Below, piece after piece: positions 25,255 to 35,305 of a DNA stretch of 38,200 bases (its first letter is position 1; every line of letters begins with the position of its first letter). The notes beneath the pieces were generated by a model. The model saw only the letters and a program-made list of their open reading frames with translations, ran no database searches and was not told the DNA's origin. The DNA comes from Phycisphaerae bacterium. GTDB taxonomy: Bacteria > Planctomycetota > Phycisphaerae > Phycisphaerales > SM1A02. Both the position numbers and the translations under genes were made by a program. The stretch lies in NCBI GenBank assembly GCA_016873355.1, contig VGXK01000001.1, positions 1 through 38,200 of the forward strand, given 5' to 3'.

Positions 25255-27410
25255 ACCTGCTTCACCCCGGAATGGCGCTGGCCGCGCTCGCGGCCGTGAG
25301 CGTGCCGATCGTCATCCACCTGCTGCTCCGGCGGCGGCGGCGCGTGATCCAATGGGCGGCCATGGATCTGCTGAAGCGTGCGATGCAGCGAGACCGTCGT
25401 CGGCAGCGCGTCGAGCGCTGGCTGCTGCTCGCGGCGCGGTGTCTGCTCATCGCCATCGCGGGAATCGCGCTGGCGCAGCCGTTCGTGAAGTCGAGCGAGG
25501 CCTTCGGCGGCTCGGTGAGGACGGTGTGGCTCGTGATCGACGACGGCGTGGCGAGCGCGGAGCGCCTTCCCGACGGAAGCACGGCGCTCGAGCGGAGCAC
25601 GGCGGAGGGTCGGCGCATGCTCGAATCGCTCGGCGCCGCCGATCGCGTGGGCGTGATCTCCGCGGCGGCGCCGGTCCGACGGCTCGTCGACCCGCCGACC
25701 GCGGACAAGACGCGGCTCGATTCCCTGCTCTCGCAGATGTCGCCCGCCGACACCGGAAGCGATCTCTCCGCGGCGATTCGTTCCGCGGCGGAGGCGGCGC
25801 GGGAGTCGGAGGAGGCCGGCGAGATCGTGCTGCTCAGCGGATTCCGTCGCGGTTCGCTCGATCCATCGTCGATGGCGCCCTCGGTCGATGCGGAGGTGAA
25901 TGCCCGCTGGACGCTCTCGGCGCTCGAACCACTCTCGGGCTTCCCGTCGAACGCGTGGATGACGCGGGCGGAGGCGATCCGCACGGGCGAGGAGTCGGGA
26001 ATGGAAGGCGATCGCACGGTTCGCGTGCAGATCGAACGGCGGAGCGAGGCGCTTCCGCGAAGCGTTCGACGAGTCACCTCGGCGGGACCCGCGGCGGGCG
26101 CCGCCGACATCGCCCTGGACGCGGGCGAGCGCCGCGGCGGCGCCGATCTTCGGCTGCGGCGAGACGGCGCCGATGCGGAGGAATCGGGCGCCGCCTCGAT
26201 TTCGCTCGAGCTCGACCACGACGCCCAGCCGCGCGACGATCGACTCTTCGCGGTGCTTCCTTCCGAGCACCCGGCGCGGGTGGTCGTGCTCGATCGCCGC
26301 GGCGGTTCCGTGCGGGACCTCGAGCGCCTCGGCTCCGGCGTGTGGATGGCGCGAGCACTCGATCCCGGCAAGTCGGGCGCGCTCCAGGTGGACGAAGTCG
26401 ATCCGGGCTCGCTCGATCGCGCCATGCTCAAGGGCGCCGACGCGGCGATCGTGGCGAGACCCGATCTCGTGACCGCCGACGGATGGAAGATGCTGCGCGA
26501 GTTCGTCGCCGCCGGCGCCGCGCTGCTCGTGACGCCGTCGCCGGACGATTCCGGCCAGCGCTGGACGGAGTCGTTCCGAAGCTCGCTCGCGCCGTCGTGG
26601 ACGATCGATCCGGAAGTGGAGGGCGCGGTCACCGCGTGGCGGCTCGCGCCGCAGCAGCCCAGCTCGGCCACGCTGCGGCAGCTCGGCTCCGAGATTTCCG
26701 TGCTCGCGGCCCCGGTTTCGGTTTCGCGGCGGATCCGCATCGCCGCGCCGCCGACCGACGCGGAGGCGGCGCTCGTCTTCGACGACTCGACGCCGATGCT
26801 GCTCTGCGGTCGGCCGGGAGGCGCCTCGCGCGGATGGGTGGCGCTGCTCGCATGCGCCCCGGAGCTCTCGTGGACGGATCTGCCGGTTCGGCCGCTCATG
26901 GTCCCGCTGCTCCAGGAGGTCGTGCGACAGGGCCGGGCGCTCGCGACGATGGACGCGGGCAACCTCGTCGGCGCGCCGGCGTCGCTTCCGCGCGGCGCGG
27001 CGGCGCTCGAGATCGTTCCGCCCGCAGGTTCGGAGGGTGCGCCGCGAGGGACCGCGATCCTTCCCGCCGGCGCGGACGGGCGCACGCGCGATCCGGTGCT
27101 TGCGCCGGGACTTCACCGGGCGCTCGACGACTCGGGCCGCCCGATCGGCACCGTCGCCGTGAACGTCGATCCCGCCCGCGCGAGCATCGAGCCGAACGAT
27201 CCCGGCGCGGTTCTGGCGTGGCTCGAGCGAAGCGGATCGTGGCGCTGGCGCGGCGACGGATCGACCGAAGGAGAGGGCGCCTCCGCGAGCGCCGATGCCG
27301 AGGCGTCCTGGAGCATCTGGCTGCTCGGCGCGGCGGTCGCGCTCGCGCTGCTCGAGACGATCATGGCGCGGCTGCTGAGCCGAAGCGACGCGACGGAGCG
27401 CGGCGCATGA
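25251..27410 (+). CDS. BatA N-terminal domain membrane protein with degenerate vWA
   Basis: LAAVSVPIVIHLLLRRRRRVIQWAAMDLL..LAQP BatA signature, WTDLP motif, C-terminal TM; ATGA overlap with upstream gene. Confidence 0.88.
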   Translation: MNLLHPGMALAALAAVSVPIVIHLLLRRRRRVIQWAAMDLLKRAMQRDRRRQRVERWLLLAARCLLIAIAGIALAQPFVKSSEAFGGSVRTVWLVIDDGVASAERLPDGSTALERSTAEGRRMLESLGAADRVGVISAAAPVRRLVDPPTADKTRLDSLLSQMSPADTGSDLSAAIRSAAEAARESEEAGEIVLLSGFRRGSLDPSSMAPSVDAEVNARWTLSALEPLSGFPSNAWMTRAEAIRTGEESGMEGDRTVRVQIERRSEALPRSVRRVTSAGPAAGAADIALDAGERRGGADLRLRRDGADAEESGAASISLELDHDAQPRDDRLFAVLPSEHPARVVVLDRRGGSVRDLERLGSGVWMARALDPGKSGALQVDEVDPGSLDRAMLKGADAAIVARPDLVTADGWKMLREFVAAGAALLVTPSPDDSGQRWTESFRSSLAPSWTIDPEVEGAVTAWRLAPQQPSSATLRQLGSEISVLAAPVSVSRRIRIAAPPTDAEAALVFDDSTPMLLCGRPGGASRGWVALLACAPELSWTDLPVRPLMVPLLQEVVRQGRALATMDAGNLVGAPASLPRGAAALEIVPPAGSEGAPRGTAILPAGADGRTRDPVLAPGLHRALDDSGRPIGTVAVNVDPARASIEPNDPGAVLAWLERSGSWRWRGDGSTEGEGASASADAEASWSIWLLGAAVALALLETIMARLLSRSDATERGA

Positions 27411-29725
27411 ACTGGATCGAGTCGACCGTCGCGTGGCTGCTGCGGCTTCCGAGCGATCACGCCGCGGGATCCTGGCGCTTCGGATTCGAGCGGCCGATTC
27501 CCGGCTGGGCATGGCTGCTCGCGGCGGTCGCCGCGGTGCTCGTCGGCGCGTGGTCGGTTCGAGCGTCGACGCTTCCGCGCGGTCGCCGATCGCTCATCGC
27601 GGCGCTTCGAGCGCTGCTGCTTCTGCTGCTGGCGCTGCTGCTCACGGGGCCGATGCTCACGCTTCCGCGCGAGCGCGTGGAGCCGGACTGGGTGCTCGTG
27701 GTGGCCGATCGCAGCGCGTCGTTGCGCGTGGGGGACGTGGAGCTCGACGGCGCGATGATCTCGCGCGACGCGCAGCTCGAGCGAGCCGTTCGAGGAAGTG
27801 CGGCGGTCTGGAAGGAACTCGATGCGACGCGTCGCGTCGTCTTCCTCGGATTCGACGCGGGGCTGCGGGAACTCGAGATCGACGAGCAGGGTCTGCCGAC
27901 GCTCGGCGCCGCCGACGGCATGGCCACGGAGATCGGGCCCGCGATCTCGGCGGCGCTCGATCGCGCGGCGGCGAGGCCGGTGGCCGGCGTCGTGCTGCTT
28001 TCCGACGGCCGCACGACCGTGCCGCCCGAGCGCGGATTGCTGCGCCGACTCTCGGCCGAAGGCGTGCGCGTGCACGTGGTGCCGCTCGGCGCCGACGCTC
28101 CGAGCGGGGATCACGCCATCCGCGCGATCGAAGCGCCGCAGCGCGCGTTCGTGCGCGACGAAGTGCCGATCGAGGTGGACCTCGATCGATCGCCGGGCGT
28201 CGGCGGCGCGCTGCGCGTGAAGCTCGTGGACGAGCAGAGCGGGCGACTGCTCGACGCGGCGGAGTTCGACGACGCCGAGACCGGCCGTCGCACGGTCACG
28301 CTCATCGGCCGGGCCGACGATCCGGGCGAGCGCTCGTGGCGCGTCGAGATCGAGCCGCAAGGGCGCGATCTCGTCGCCGACAACAACTCGAAGTCGTTGC
28401 GAATCGAGATCGTCGATCGACCGATCCGCGTGCTGTTCGTCGAGGGATATCCGCGCTGGGAGTACCGCTACCTGAAGAACCTGCTCGTGCGCGAGCACGG
28501 CATCGAGAGCTCGGTGATGCTGCTGTCGGCCGATCGCGACTTCGCCCAGGAAGGCAACGCGCCGCTCACGCGATTGCCGCGCACGAAGGAGGAATTCGCC
28601 GGATACGACCTGATCGTGATCGGCGACGTTCCCGCGGGGGCGTTCTCGTCGGCGCAGATGGAGGCGATCAAGGATCTCGTCTCCACGCGCGGCGCGGGCG
28701 TGCTCTGGATCGGCGGCGCGCGGCAGATGCCGCGGAGCTGGAAGGGGTCGGCGCTCGAGGAGCTGCTTCCGATCAAGGGATCGCTCGAGCTCGAGCGCTT
28801 CGACGAATCGGTGACGATGCGCCCGACGCCGCGCGCGCTGCGGCTCGGCCTCATGCGCGTGGAGGGGGCGCCGACGCCCGGATGGCCCGAGGCGCTCTCG
28901 TCGCCCGACACCGGGTGGTCGCGACTCGAGTGGGCGCAGCGGCTCGAGCCCGGAGATCTGAAGCCGACCGCGGAAGTGATCGCGGAGACGGCCTCGGGCG
29001 ACGGCGGCCGCGCGTCGCCGCTGCTCGTGTCGATGCGCTACGGCGCGGGGCAATCGATGTACCTGGCCACCGACGAGACCTGGCGCTGGCGCTACGGCCG
29101 CGGCGAGACGCTTCCCGAGCGCTTCTGGCTTCAGTTGCTGCGATCGCTTTCGCGGAGCGGCATGCACGGAAGCGATCGTCCGGTCGAGATCGTCGTGGAG
29201 CCGCGCCGCGCCGAGATCGGCGATCCCGTTCGCGTCGAAGTCGAGTTCCGCGATCCCGAGGCGATTCGCCCGGCGCCGTCTCGATTGCAGGCGAGCGTGT
29301 CGATCTCGCGCGAGCGAAGCGCGGCACCCGAGGATGCGGGCGTGGTCGAATTGACCCAGGTCGAGGGGATTCCCGGTCGATGGGTCGGCACGTTCTTCCC
29401 GGACCGAAGCGGAATGCACGCGATCTCGCTCCAGGGCCACGCGGGCGTCACGGCCGAGCTCGAAGTGGCCCGCACCGACCAGGAATCCGCGAATCCCCAG
29501 GCGGATCACGCATTGCTTTCGCACATTGCCGAGCAGACGCAGGGCGAGGTGATCGAGCCCGATTCGCTCCATCGGCTGCTGCGAGGCGACGTGCTGCCCA
29601 ACCGGGCCGTGACGATCGAGAACCCGCGGATCCATTCGCTCTGGGACACGCCGCTCGCCCTGATCCTGTTGATCCTCGTTCCAGCGGTCGAATGGAGTGT
29701 CCGACGATGGTCGAGGCTAGCCTGA
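27407..29725 (+). CDS. Membrane protein with vWA, Ig-like and glutamine-amidotransferase-like domains
   Basis: Two N-terminal TMs, VADRSAS and LLSDG (vWA), ADNN, IRVLFVEGYPRWEYRYLKN, YDLIVIGDV, DETWRWR, C-terminal TM + EWSVRR; ATGA overlap. Confidence 0.88.
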   Translation: MNWIESTVAWLLRLPSDHAAGSWRFGFERPIPGWAWLLAAVAAVLVGAWSVRASTLPRGRRSLIAALRALLLLLLALLLTGPMLTLPRERVEPDWVLVVADRSASLRVGDVELDGAMISRDAQLERAVRGSAAVWKELDATRRVVFLGFDAGLRELEIDEQGLPTLGAADGMATEIGPAISAALDRAAARPVAGVVLLSDGRTTVPPERGLLRRLSAEGVRVHVVPLGADAPSGDHAIRAIEAPQRAFVRDEVPIEVDLDRSPGVGGALRVKLVDEQSGRLLDAAEFDDAETGRRTVTLIGRADDPGERSWRVEIEPQGRDLVADNNSKSLRIEIVDRPIRVLFVEGYPRWEYRYLKNLLVREHGIESSVMLLSADRDFAQEGNAPLTRLPRTKEEFAGYDLIVIGDVPAGAFSSAQMEAIKDLVSTRGAGVLWIGGARQMPRSWKGSALEELLPIKGSLELERFDESVTMRPTPRALRLGLMRVEGAPTPGWPEALSSPDTGWSRLEWAQRLEPGDLKPTAEVIAETASGDGGRASPLLVSMRYGAGQSMYLATDETWRWRYGRGETLPERFWLQLLRSLSRSGMHGSDRPVEIVVEPRRAEIGDPVRVEVEFRDPEAIRPAPSRLQASVSISRERSAAPEDAGVVELTQVEGIPGRWVGTFFPDRSGMHAISLQGHAGVTAELEVARTDQESANPQADHALLSHIAEQTQGEVIEPDSLHRLLRGDVLPNRAVTIENPRIHSLWDTPLALILLILVPAVEWSVRRWSRLA

Positions 29726-29791
29726 TGCGGTTCGACGGCGGCGCCGCAGCGTCGGCAATCGCCGACTCGAAGCGTCGGTAAGAGGAGGTCC

Positions 29792-32700
29792 ATGCCGGCG
29801 ATGACGAGCATCGTGGAACGCCTGGAGCGCCTGCGGCGCCGTGCGCGCCTGGTGCTCCTGAGCGAGCGAAGCGCGGTGCTGCTCGCCGTGGCGATCGGCG
29901 CCGCGATGGGCTGGGTCGCCCTCGACGCCCTGCTTCGATTCCCCGCCACGCTGCGCTTCGTGGCGCTCGTGGTCGGCGTGATCGCGATCGCGTCGGCGAT
30001 CGCGCGATGGTGGTGGCCGGCGGCACGGTTCCGACCGTCGCTTCCGACGCTCGCGCTGCGGGTGGAGCGGCAGCGGCCGGACCTTGCGGGGCGGCTCGCC
30101 TCCGGCGTCGAGTTCGCGCAGCGTCCGGCGCCGGGCGTGCTCGAGAAGCGAGTCGTCGAATCGACGGAGCGGCTGGCCGGCGACGATCCGTTCACCGGCG
30201 TGATCCGCCGCGATCGATTGCGCCGCGCCCTTGTCGGCTGCGGCGCGGCGCTCGTGGCCGTGGCGGCGATCGCGGCCTTCCAACCGGAGTTCGCCGCGAT
30301 CGGCGCGAAGCGCCTGTTCGCGCCATGGAGCAGCGCGGAATGGCCCGCGCGGACGCTCGTGCAGTCGCTCATGGAAGGCGTCACGCATCTGCCGCGCGGT
30401 CGCGCGGTGCTGCTCCGCGCGGAGGCGGTGCGAGGGGATCCGGCGTCGATGCGCCCGTTCGTGCGCTATCGAACGACGCGGCAGGGCGTGGCGGGTCCGT
30501 GGCGGGACGCGGCGCTGGCGCGGCAGCACGGCGAGGTCTTCGAGCGACCGCTCGAGGTCGACGCCGATTCGATCGAGTTCCGCTTCGGCACGAGCGACGC
30601 GATGACCGACGCCGCGACGATCCACTTCGTGCGTCCGCCGGCGATCGAGCGAGCCACGCTGCGCGCCGAGCCGCCGGCGTACGCGTCCGCGGTGCAGGCG
30701 CCGAGCGAGACGGAGCTCGGCCCGGGAACGGACGCCCGCGCCACGCTCGCGGCGCCGCTGCTCGCCGGAAGCCGCGTGGAGCTCGACTTCGCGTTCAATC
30801 GCGAACTGCCGGTGCCTCGGCCGGACGACGACTCGCGCCGCGAGTGGCTGCGCCGCACGTTCGGCGGCGACCTGCCGGAGTCGACGCAGGTGGAGGCGCC
30901 GAACGCCCTGAGCGACCGCGTCACGCTGCGATTCGAGGCGAGCGACGATCTCGACCTTCCGATCGAGCTGCGCGACGAGCACGGAATCGTGGGCGACGAC
31001 GGTGCGCGATATCGGCTCGCGGTGTCGCCCGATCGTCCGCCCGCGGCGTCGATCACGGATCCCGCCGCGGACGAGATCGTGCTGCCGAGCGCGGCGCTCG
31101 CGGTGACGGCGGAGGCGAGGGACGACCTTTCGATCGACGAGATCGGCGTGCGCGTCGAGAAGGTCGGCGGCGAGGTGCGCGACACGATGGAGCGCCGGCG
31201 CGGCGAGAGCGCTCGCCTGTCGACCACCGTGACGCCGGAGCAGTTCGGCGCGGGGCCGGGCGACACGCTGCTCGTGTCCGCGATCGCCACCGACGACTTC
31301 GAGCAGGACGGCGTGCGCCGCGAGCCCACGATCTCGCCGCCGCGCCGGATCCGCGTGGTGAGCGAGGAGGAATTCACGCGGCAGATCCGGACGCAACTGG
31401 CGGCGATCCGCCATTCGGCGATCCGCGCGGAGGCGACGCAGCGCGAGATCATCGCGTCGACGGCGCCGAGCGAGCCGGCGGAGCCGGGCGAGCAGACGGA
31501 TCCGAACGCGGCGGCCGACGGCGACGGCGCGAACGCCGACCCCGATCGAGCGAACGCCGACGCGACCGCGCCGAAGCCGAGCGCCGAGGAGCTCGCGCGA
31601 CGGCAGGCGCGGGTCTCCGATCGCATCCAGGGAATGTCGGCCGCGATCGAGTCGCTCCAGTCCCGCGCCCGCGCGGGCGGACTCGAGCGCGACGCGATGA
31701 ACGAGATCCTGCGGCAATCGCAGGACCTGCTCGAAAACGCCGCGAGCCGGTCGGCGCAGGCGTCCACGCAACTCGCGGAGCGGGGCACCACGCCCGAGGC
31801 GGCCGAGTCCCAGGAAGCGGTCCGGGCCGAGCTCGAGGATCTCGTGCGCCTGCTCGATCGCGACGAGGACGCGTGGGTGGCCACGCGCCGCATCGAGCGA
31901 TTGCGAGAACAGATCGAGGGGCTGCTCGAGGAGACGCGTCGAACCGGCGAGCGCACCGTCGGCCGCGATCTCGAGCGCCTGTCGGCCGAGGAGCGCGTGG
32001 CGATCGATCGGCTCGCGTCGCGCGATCGCTCGGTGGCCGACGAGGCTCGCGAGACGATGGAGGAGCTGCGCGACCGCGCCGCCCGCCTGGCGGAGGCGGA
32101 TCGAGCCCGCGCGGCCGGCATGCAGGAGGCGGCGCGACGCGGCGAGGAGCGGCAGATCGCGCGGCGCGTGGAGCAGGCGGCCGAGGCGACGGCGCTCAAT
32201 CAGCCGACGAATGCGGAGCAGGCGCTGCGCGAGGCCGCCGAGACCGCGCAGAGCATGATGGACGCGATTCGAGACGATCGCCGCTCGCGCGTGGAGGAAT
32301 TGCGGCGTCGGCTTGCGGGTCTCGAGCAGAGCATCCAGGGGCTCGTGACGCAGGCGCAGACGGCGCTGTCGGCGCTGCGGGAGGCGGCGCCGACCGCGTC
32401 GGCGGCGTCGGACCTTGCACCGGTCAGCGAGGGCGTCGTGTCGCTCGATCGCAACATCGGCGCCGTGACGGACGAGGCGAGATCGGGCGGCGGCACGGAA
32501 CGGGTCGCCCGCGTGCTCGAGCGGGCGGGCGAGCGAAGCGCCGCGAGCGCCGGGCTGCTTCGCGCGGATCCGCCGCGCGTGCCCGAGGGGGACGAGGCCC
32601 TCGATCGCTCGCGGGGATTGCTCGTCGATGCGCTCGAAGCCGTGCGCGAGCAGCGGCGGAACACCGAGCAGCAGCAGGCGGACGCGAAGCGCCGCGAACT

Positions 32701-33364
32701 TGCGGCCGCGCTTCGAACGCTCTCGGAGCGCCAGGCGGGACTGCGGACCGCGAGCGAGCCGCTCGAGGGAGCGAAGTCCGCCGATCGACGACGGCTCGTC
32801 GAGGGTCGACGACTCTCGGTCGAGCAGTCGCTCATCCGGACCGCCGTGAACAATCTCAAGAGCGAGAACGAGGAGCTGGCGTCGAGCGATCTGTTCGTCT
32901 CGGCGCTGGCCAGGCTCGATGGCTGGATGGTCCGAAGCGAGTCGTCGCTGTCGTCGCTCTCGGTGACGAAGTGGACGCTCGAGGAGCAGTCGCTTTCCGC
33001 GGAAACGCTCGCGATGATGGGGCAGGCGCTCGCGGATGCGTCGGCATCCGACGATCCGTTCGCGGAAGCCGCGGGCGCGGCCGCGGGAGGCGCCGAAGCG
33101 GGCGGCGAAGGCGCGCAGGCGGGTCGTCGACCGCCGGCGATTCCGCCGGTGGCGGAACTCAAGCTCCTGCGCGAGTCGCAGGCGCAGCTTGCGCGTCGAA
33201 CCCGCATGGCCGACGAGGGAGGATTGACCGCGGCCGAGCGCCAGACGAGGCTGCGCGAACTCACGCAGCTTCAGCAGGAACTGCTCGACCAGGGCGAGGC
33301 CTGGATGGAGCGCATGCGGCAGATGTCGCCCGGCGGCACAGCGGAGGGCGCCGATGCGAAGTGA
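29792..33364 (+). CDS. Large membrane-anchored coiled-coil protein (DUF4175-like)
   Basis: GAGGAGG RBS, N-terminal TMs, ALRVERQRPDLAGRLASGVEF, DRPP Ig-like region, long E/R/Q/A-rich helical C-terminal half, AELKLLR. Confidence 0.82.
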   Translation: MPAMTSIVERLERLRRRARLVLLSERSAVLLAVAIGAAMGWVALDALLRFPATLRFVALVVGVIAIASAIARWWWPAARFRPSLPTLALRVERQRPDLAGRLASGVEFAQRPAPGVLEKRVVESTERLAGDDPFTGVIRRDRLRRALVGCGAALVAVAAIAAFQPEFAAIGAKRLFAPWSSAEWPARTLVQSLMEGVTHLPRGRAVLLRAEAVRGDPASMRPFVRYRTTRQGVAGPWRDAALARQHGEVFERPLEVDADSIEFRFGTSDAMTDAATIHFVRPPAIERATLRAEPPAYASAVQAPSETELGPGTDARATLAAPLLAGSRVELDFAFNRELPVPRPDDDSRREWLRRTFGGDLPESTQVEAPNALSDRVTLRFEASDDLDLPIELRDEHGIVGDDGARYRLAVSPDRPPAASITDPAADEIVLPSAALAVTAEARDDLSIDEIGVRVEKVGGEVRDTMERRRGESARLSTTVTPEQFGAGPGDTLLVSAIATDDFEQDGVRREPTISPPRRIRVVSEEEFTRQIRTQLAAIRHSAIRAEATQREIIASTAPSEPAEPGEQTDPNAAADGDGANADPDRANADATAPKPSAEELARRQARVSDRIQGMSAAIESLQSRARAGGLERDAMNEILRQSQDLLENAASRSAQASTQLAERGTTPEAAESQEAVRAELEDLVRLLDRDEDAWVATRRIERLREQIEGLLEETRRTGERTVGRDLERLSAEERVAIDRLASRDRSVADEARETMEELRDRAARLAEADRARAAGMQEAARRGEERQIARRVEQAAEATALNQPTNAEQALREAAETAQSMMDAIRDDRRSRVEELRRRLAGLEQSIQGLVTQAQTALSALREAAPTASAASDLAPVSEGVVSLDRNIGAVTDEARSGGGTERVARVLERAGERSAASAGLLRADPPRVPEGDEALDRSRGLLVDALEAVREQRRNTEQQQADAKRRELAAALRTLSERQAGLRTASEPLEGAKSADRRRLVEGRRLSVEQSLIRTAVNNLKSENEELASSDLFVSALARLDGWMVRSESSLSSLSVTKWTLEEQSLSAETLAMMGQALADASASDDPFAEAAGAAAGGAEAGGEGAQAGRRPPAIPPVAELKLLRESQAQLARRTRMADEGGLTAAERQTRLRELTQLQQELLDQGEAWMERMRQMSPGGTAEGADAK

Positions 33365-33380
33365 TCGACGACGATGCGGG

Positions 33381-34148
33381 ATGACGACGACGGCGATTTC
33401 GCTCTGCCTCTGTGTGCTGTCGTTCGCGACCCCGCCGGCGCCCGCGCCGGCGCCGCCGCCGTCCGAATCGCCGCCGCCCGCCGCGCCCGCGCCCCCTCCG
33501 ACGCTCGACGACCTGCTCGGCTTGACGCCTCGAGCGGACGGCTCGACACCGCGCGGCGACGCCGATGCGCCGGCCCCCGGCGACGGCGAGCGCGGCGCGA
33601 CCCCGGGCGACGGCGCCCGCGCCCGCCTCGATCGCACGCTTCGCGAGGAGGAGCTCGAGGACGCCTTCGCGCAGGCGGTCGAGCTCATGCGCGAATCCGC
33701 CGATCGCCTCGGCGCCCGTGCCGACCTGGGCATCGACACGCAGCGCGTGCAGGAGGACGCGGTGCGACGACTCGATTCGATCATCGATGCGGCCAAGCGG
33801 ATGCGCCAACAGCAGCAATCGCAGCGATCGTCGTCGCGGAACCGCCAGGACTCGTCGTCGCAGCAGCCGCAGGGCGGCGAGCAGGAGATGCAGGCCGCGG
33901 CGCGTCGAGAAGCAAACGCGGCGCAGCGACGGGAACAGCGCGGTTCGCAGCAGGGCCAGGCGGAGCCTCCCGGACTCGAGGAAGGCGAGCTCGACGAGAC
34001 GATGCACGAGGGTCGCGTCGAGTGGGGATCGCTGCCCGAGCGCATTCGCGAGCTCGTGCAGCAGGGCCGGCGCGATCGCGTCTCCACGCTCTACCTGCGA
34101 TTGACGGGCGAGTACTACCGGCGCATGGCGGAGGAGGCGTCGCGGTGA
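33381..34148 (+). CDS. Exported hypothetical protein with WGxLP..Y..Y C-terminal module
   Basis: Signal-like N-terminus, Pro-rich linker, PTLDDLLGL, Gln/Ser-rich stretch, EWGSLPERIRE..LTGEYYRRMAE. Start uncertain (33354 or 33381). Confidence 0.75.
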   Translation: MTTTAISLCLCVLSFATPPAPAPAPPPSESPPPAAPAPPPTLDDLLGLTPRADGSTPRGDADAPAPGDGERGATPGDGARARLDRTLREEELEDAFAQAVELMRESADRLGARADLGIDTQRVQEDAVRRLDSIIDAAKRMRQQQQSQRSSSRNRQDSSSQQPQGGEQEMQAAARREANAAQRREQRGSQQGQAEPPGLEEGELDETMHEGRVEWGSLPERIRELVQQGRRDRVSTLYLRLTGEYYRRMAEEASR

Positions 34149-35305
34149 AGTCGATCGCCATCGTCGCGATCGCCGGCGCGCTGTTCGCCGCGCCGCCGAC
34201 GCCGAATCGCGCGCCGCCCGCCGAACCAAGCTCCCCTCCGTCGTCGTCGCCGCCGAGCGATTCGGAACCCGCACCCGTCGTTCCGCCGCGCGGCGAGCCC
34301 GATCCCGCGATCGAACCGCCCGATCCTGCGCCGCCGAAGCCGACGGCACAGAACAATCCGACCCGCGACGAGATCACGCCCGAGATGGAGCAGTCGATCG
34401 ATCGCGGACTCCGCTACCTCGCGTCGATCCAGAACGCCGATGGAACGTTCGGTCGCAATCGCTACTCCAAGAACGTGGCGATCACGGCGCTGGCGGGACT
34501 CGCGTTCATGGCCGACGGCAACCTGCCCGATCGCGGGCGCTACGGCGAGGTCGTGCGCCGCGCGCTCGACTTCGTGATCGCGGCGAGCACGGAGACGGGC
34601 CTGCTCGTGGCGGAGGGTTCGCACGGACCCATGTACGGCCACGGATTCGCGGCCCTCTTCCTCGGCGAGATCTACGGCATGAATCCGCAGGACGATCGCG
34701 TGCGCGACGCGCTCGTGCGAGCCGTGCAGCTCATCCAGAACAGCCAGAACCAGGAGGGCGGCTGGCGCTACAACCCGGTGCCGAACGACGCCGACGTGAG
34801 CGTCACCATCTGCGAGATCATGGCGCTTCGAAGTGCGCGGAACGCCGGCATCAAGGTGGAGCGCGACACGATCGACCGCGCGGTGCAGTACGTGCGCGAC
34901 TGCCAGAATCCCGACGGCGGCTTCCGCTACATGATCAGCGCCGGTCCAAGCGCCTGGCCCCGCAGCGCCGCGGGCGTGGCGAGCCTCTATTACGCCGGCA
35001 TCTACCAGGACGACGCGATCGACCGAGGACTCGAGTACCTGGTTCGCAACGCCTTCCCCGACGGCTCGGGCCCCGGATCGCAGACGCACTACTTCTACGG
35101 CCACTATTACGCGGTGCAGGCGATGTACCTGGCCGGCGGCGACCGATGGCGGCGCTGGTGGCCGGCGATCCGCGACGAGCTCGTGACGAAGCAGGACGAG
35201 ATGGGCGCCTGGTCGGACTACCAGTTCGGCCAGGCGTACTCGACCTCGATGTCGCTCATCATCCTTCAGATGCCGAAGCGATACCTGCCGATCTTCCAGA
35301 AATGA
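34145..35305 (+). CDS. Prenyltransferase/squalene-oxidase (QW) repeat protein, single alpha/alpha barrel
   Basis: GTGA overlap; repeats QNADGTF, QNQEGGWRY, QNPDGGFRY, QDEMGAW; MYGHGFA; DADVSVT. Confidence 0.9.
   Translation: MKSIAIVAIAGALFAAPPTPNRAPPAEPSSPPSSSPPSDSEPAPVVPPRGEPDPAIEPPDPAPPKPTAQNNPTRDEITPEMEQSIDRGLRYLASIQNADGTFGRNRYSKNVAITALAGLAFMADGNLPDRGRYGEVVRRALDFVIAASTETGLLVAEGSHGPMYGHGFAALFLGEIYGMNPQDDRVRDALVRAVQLIQNSQNQEGGWRYNPVPNDADVSVTICEIMALRSARNAGIKVERDTIDRAVQYVRDCQNPDGGFRYMISAGPSAWPRSAAGVASLYYAGIYQDDAIDRGLEYLVRNAFPDGSGPGSQTHYFYGHYYAVQAMYLAGGDRWRRWWPAIRDELVTKQDEMGAWSDYQFGQAYSTSMSLIILQMPKRYLPIFQK

Noticed and set aside
25097..27406. Apparent 770-aa N-terminal extension of the 1542-aa ORF
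   Set aside because: Off-frame read-through over the BatA gene. The real start is ATG 27407 (ATGA coupling).
29717..34087. 1456-aa minus-strand ORF and the 1125-aa alternative plus frame (30007-33384)
   Set aside because: Shadow or off-frame ORFs over the coiled-coil gene; no protein-like features.
34145..35305. Calling this gene shc (squalene-hopene cyclase) or a terpene biosynthetic cluster
   Set aside because: Too short, no DxDD motif, and no isoprenoid genes nearby.
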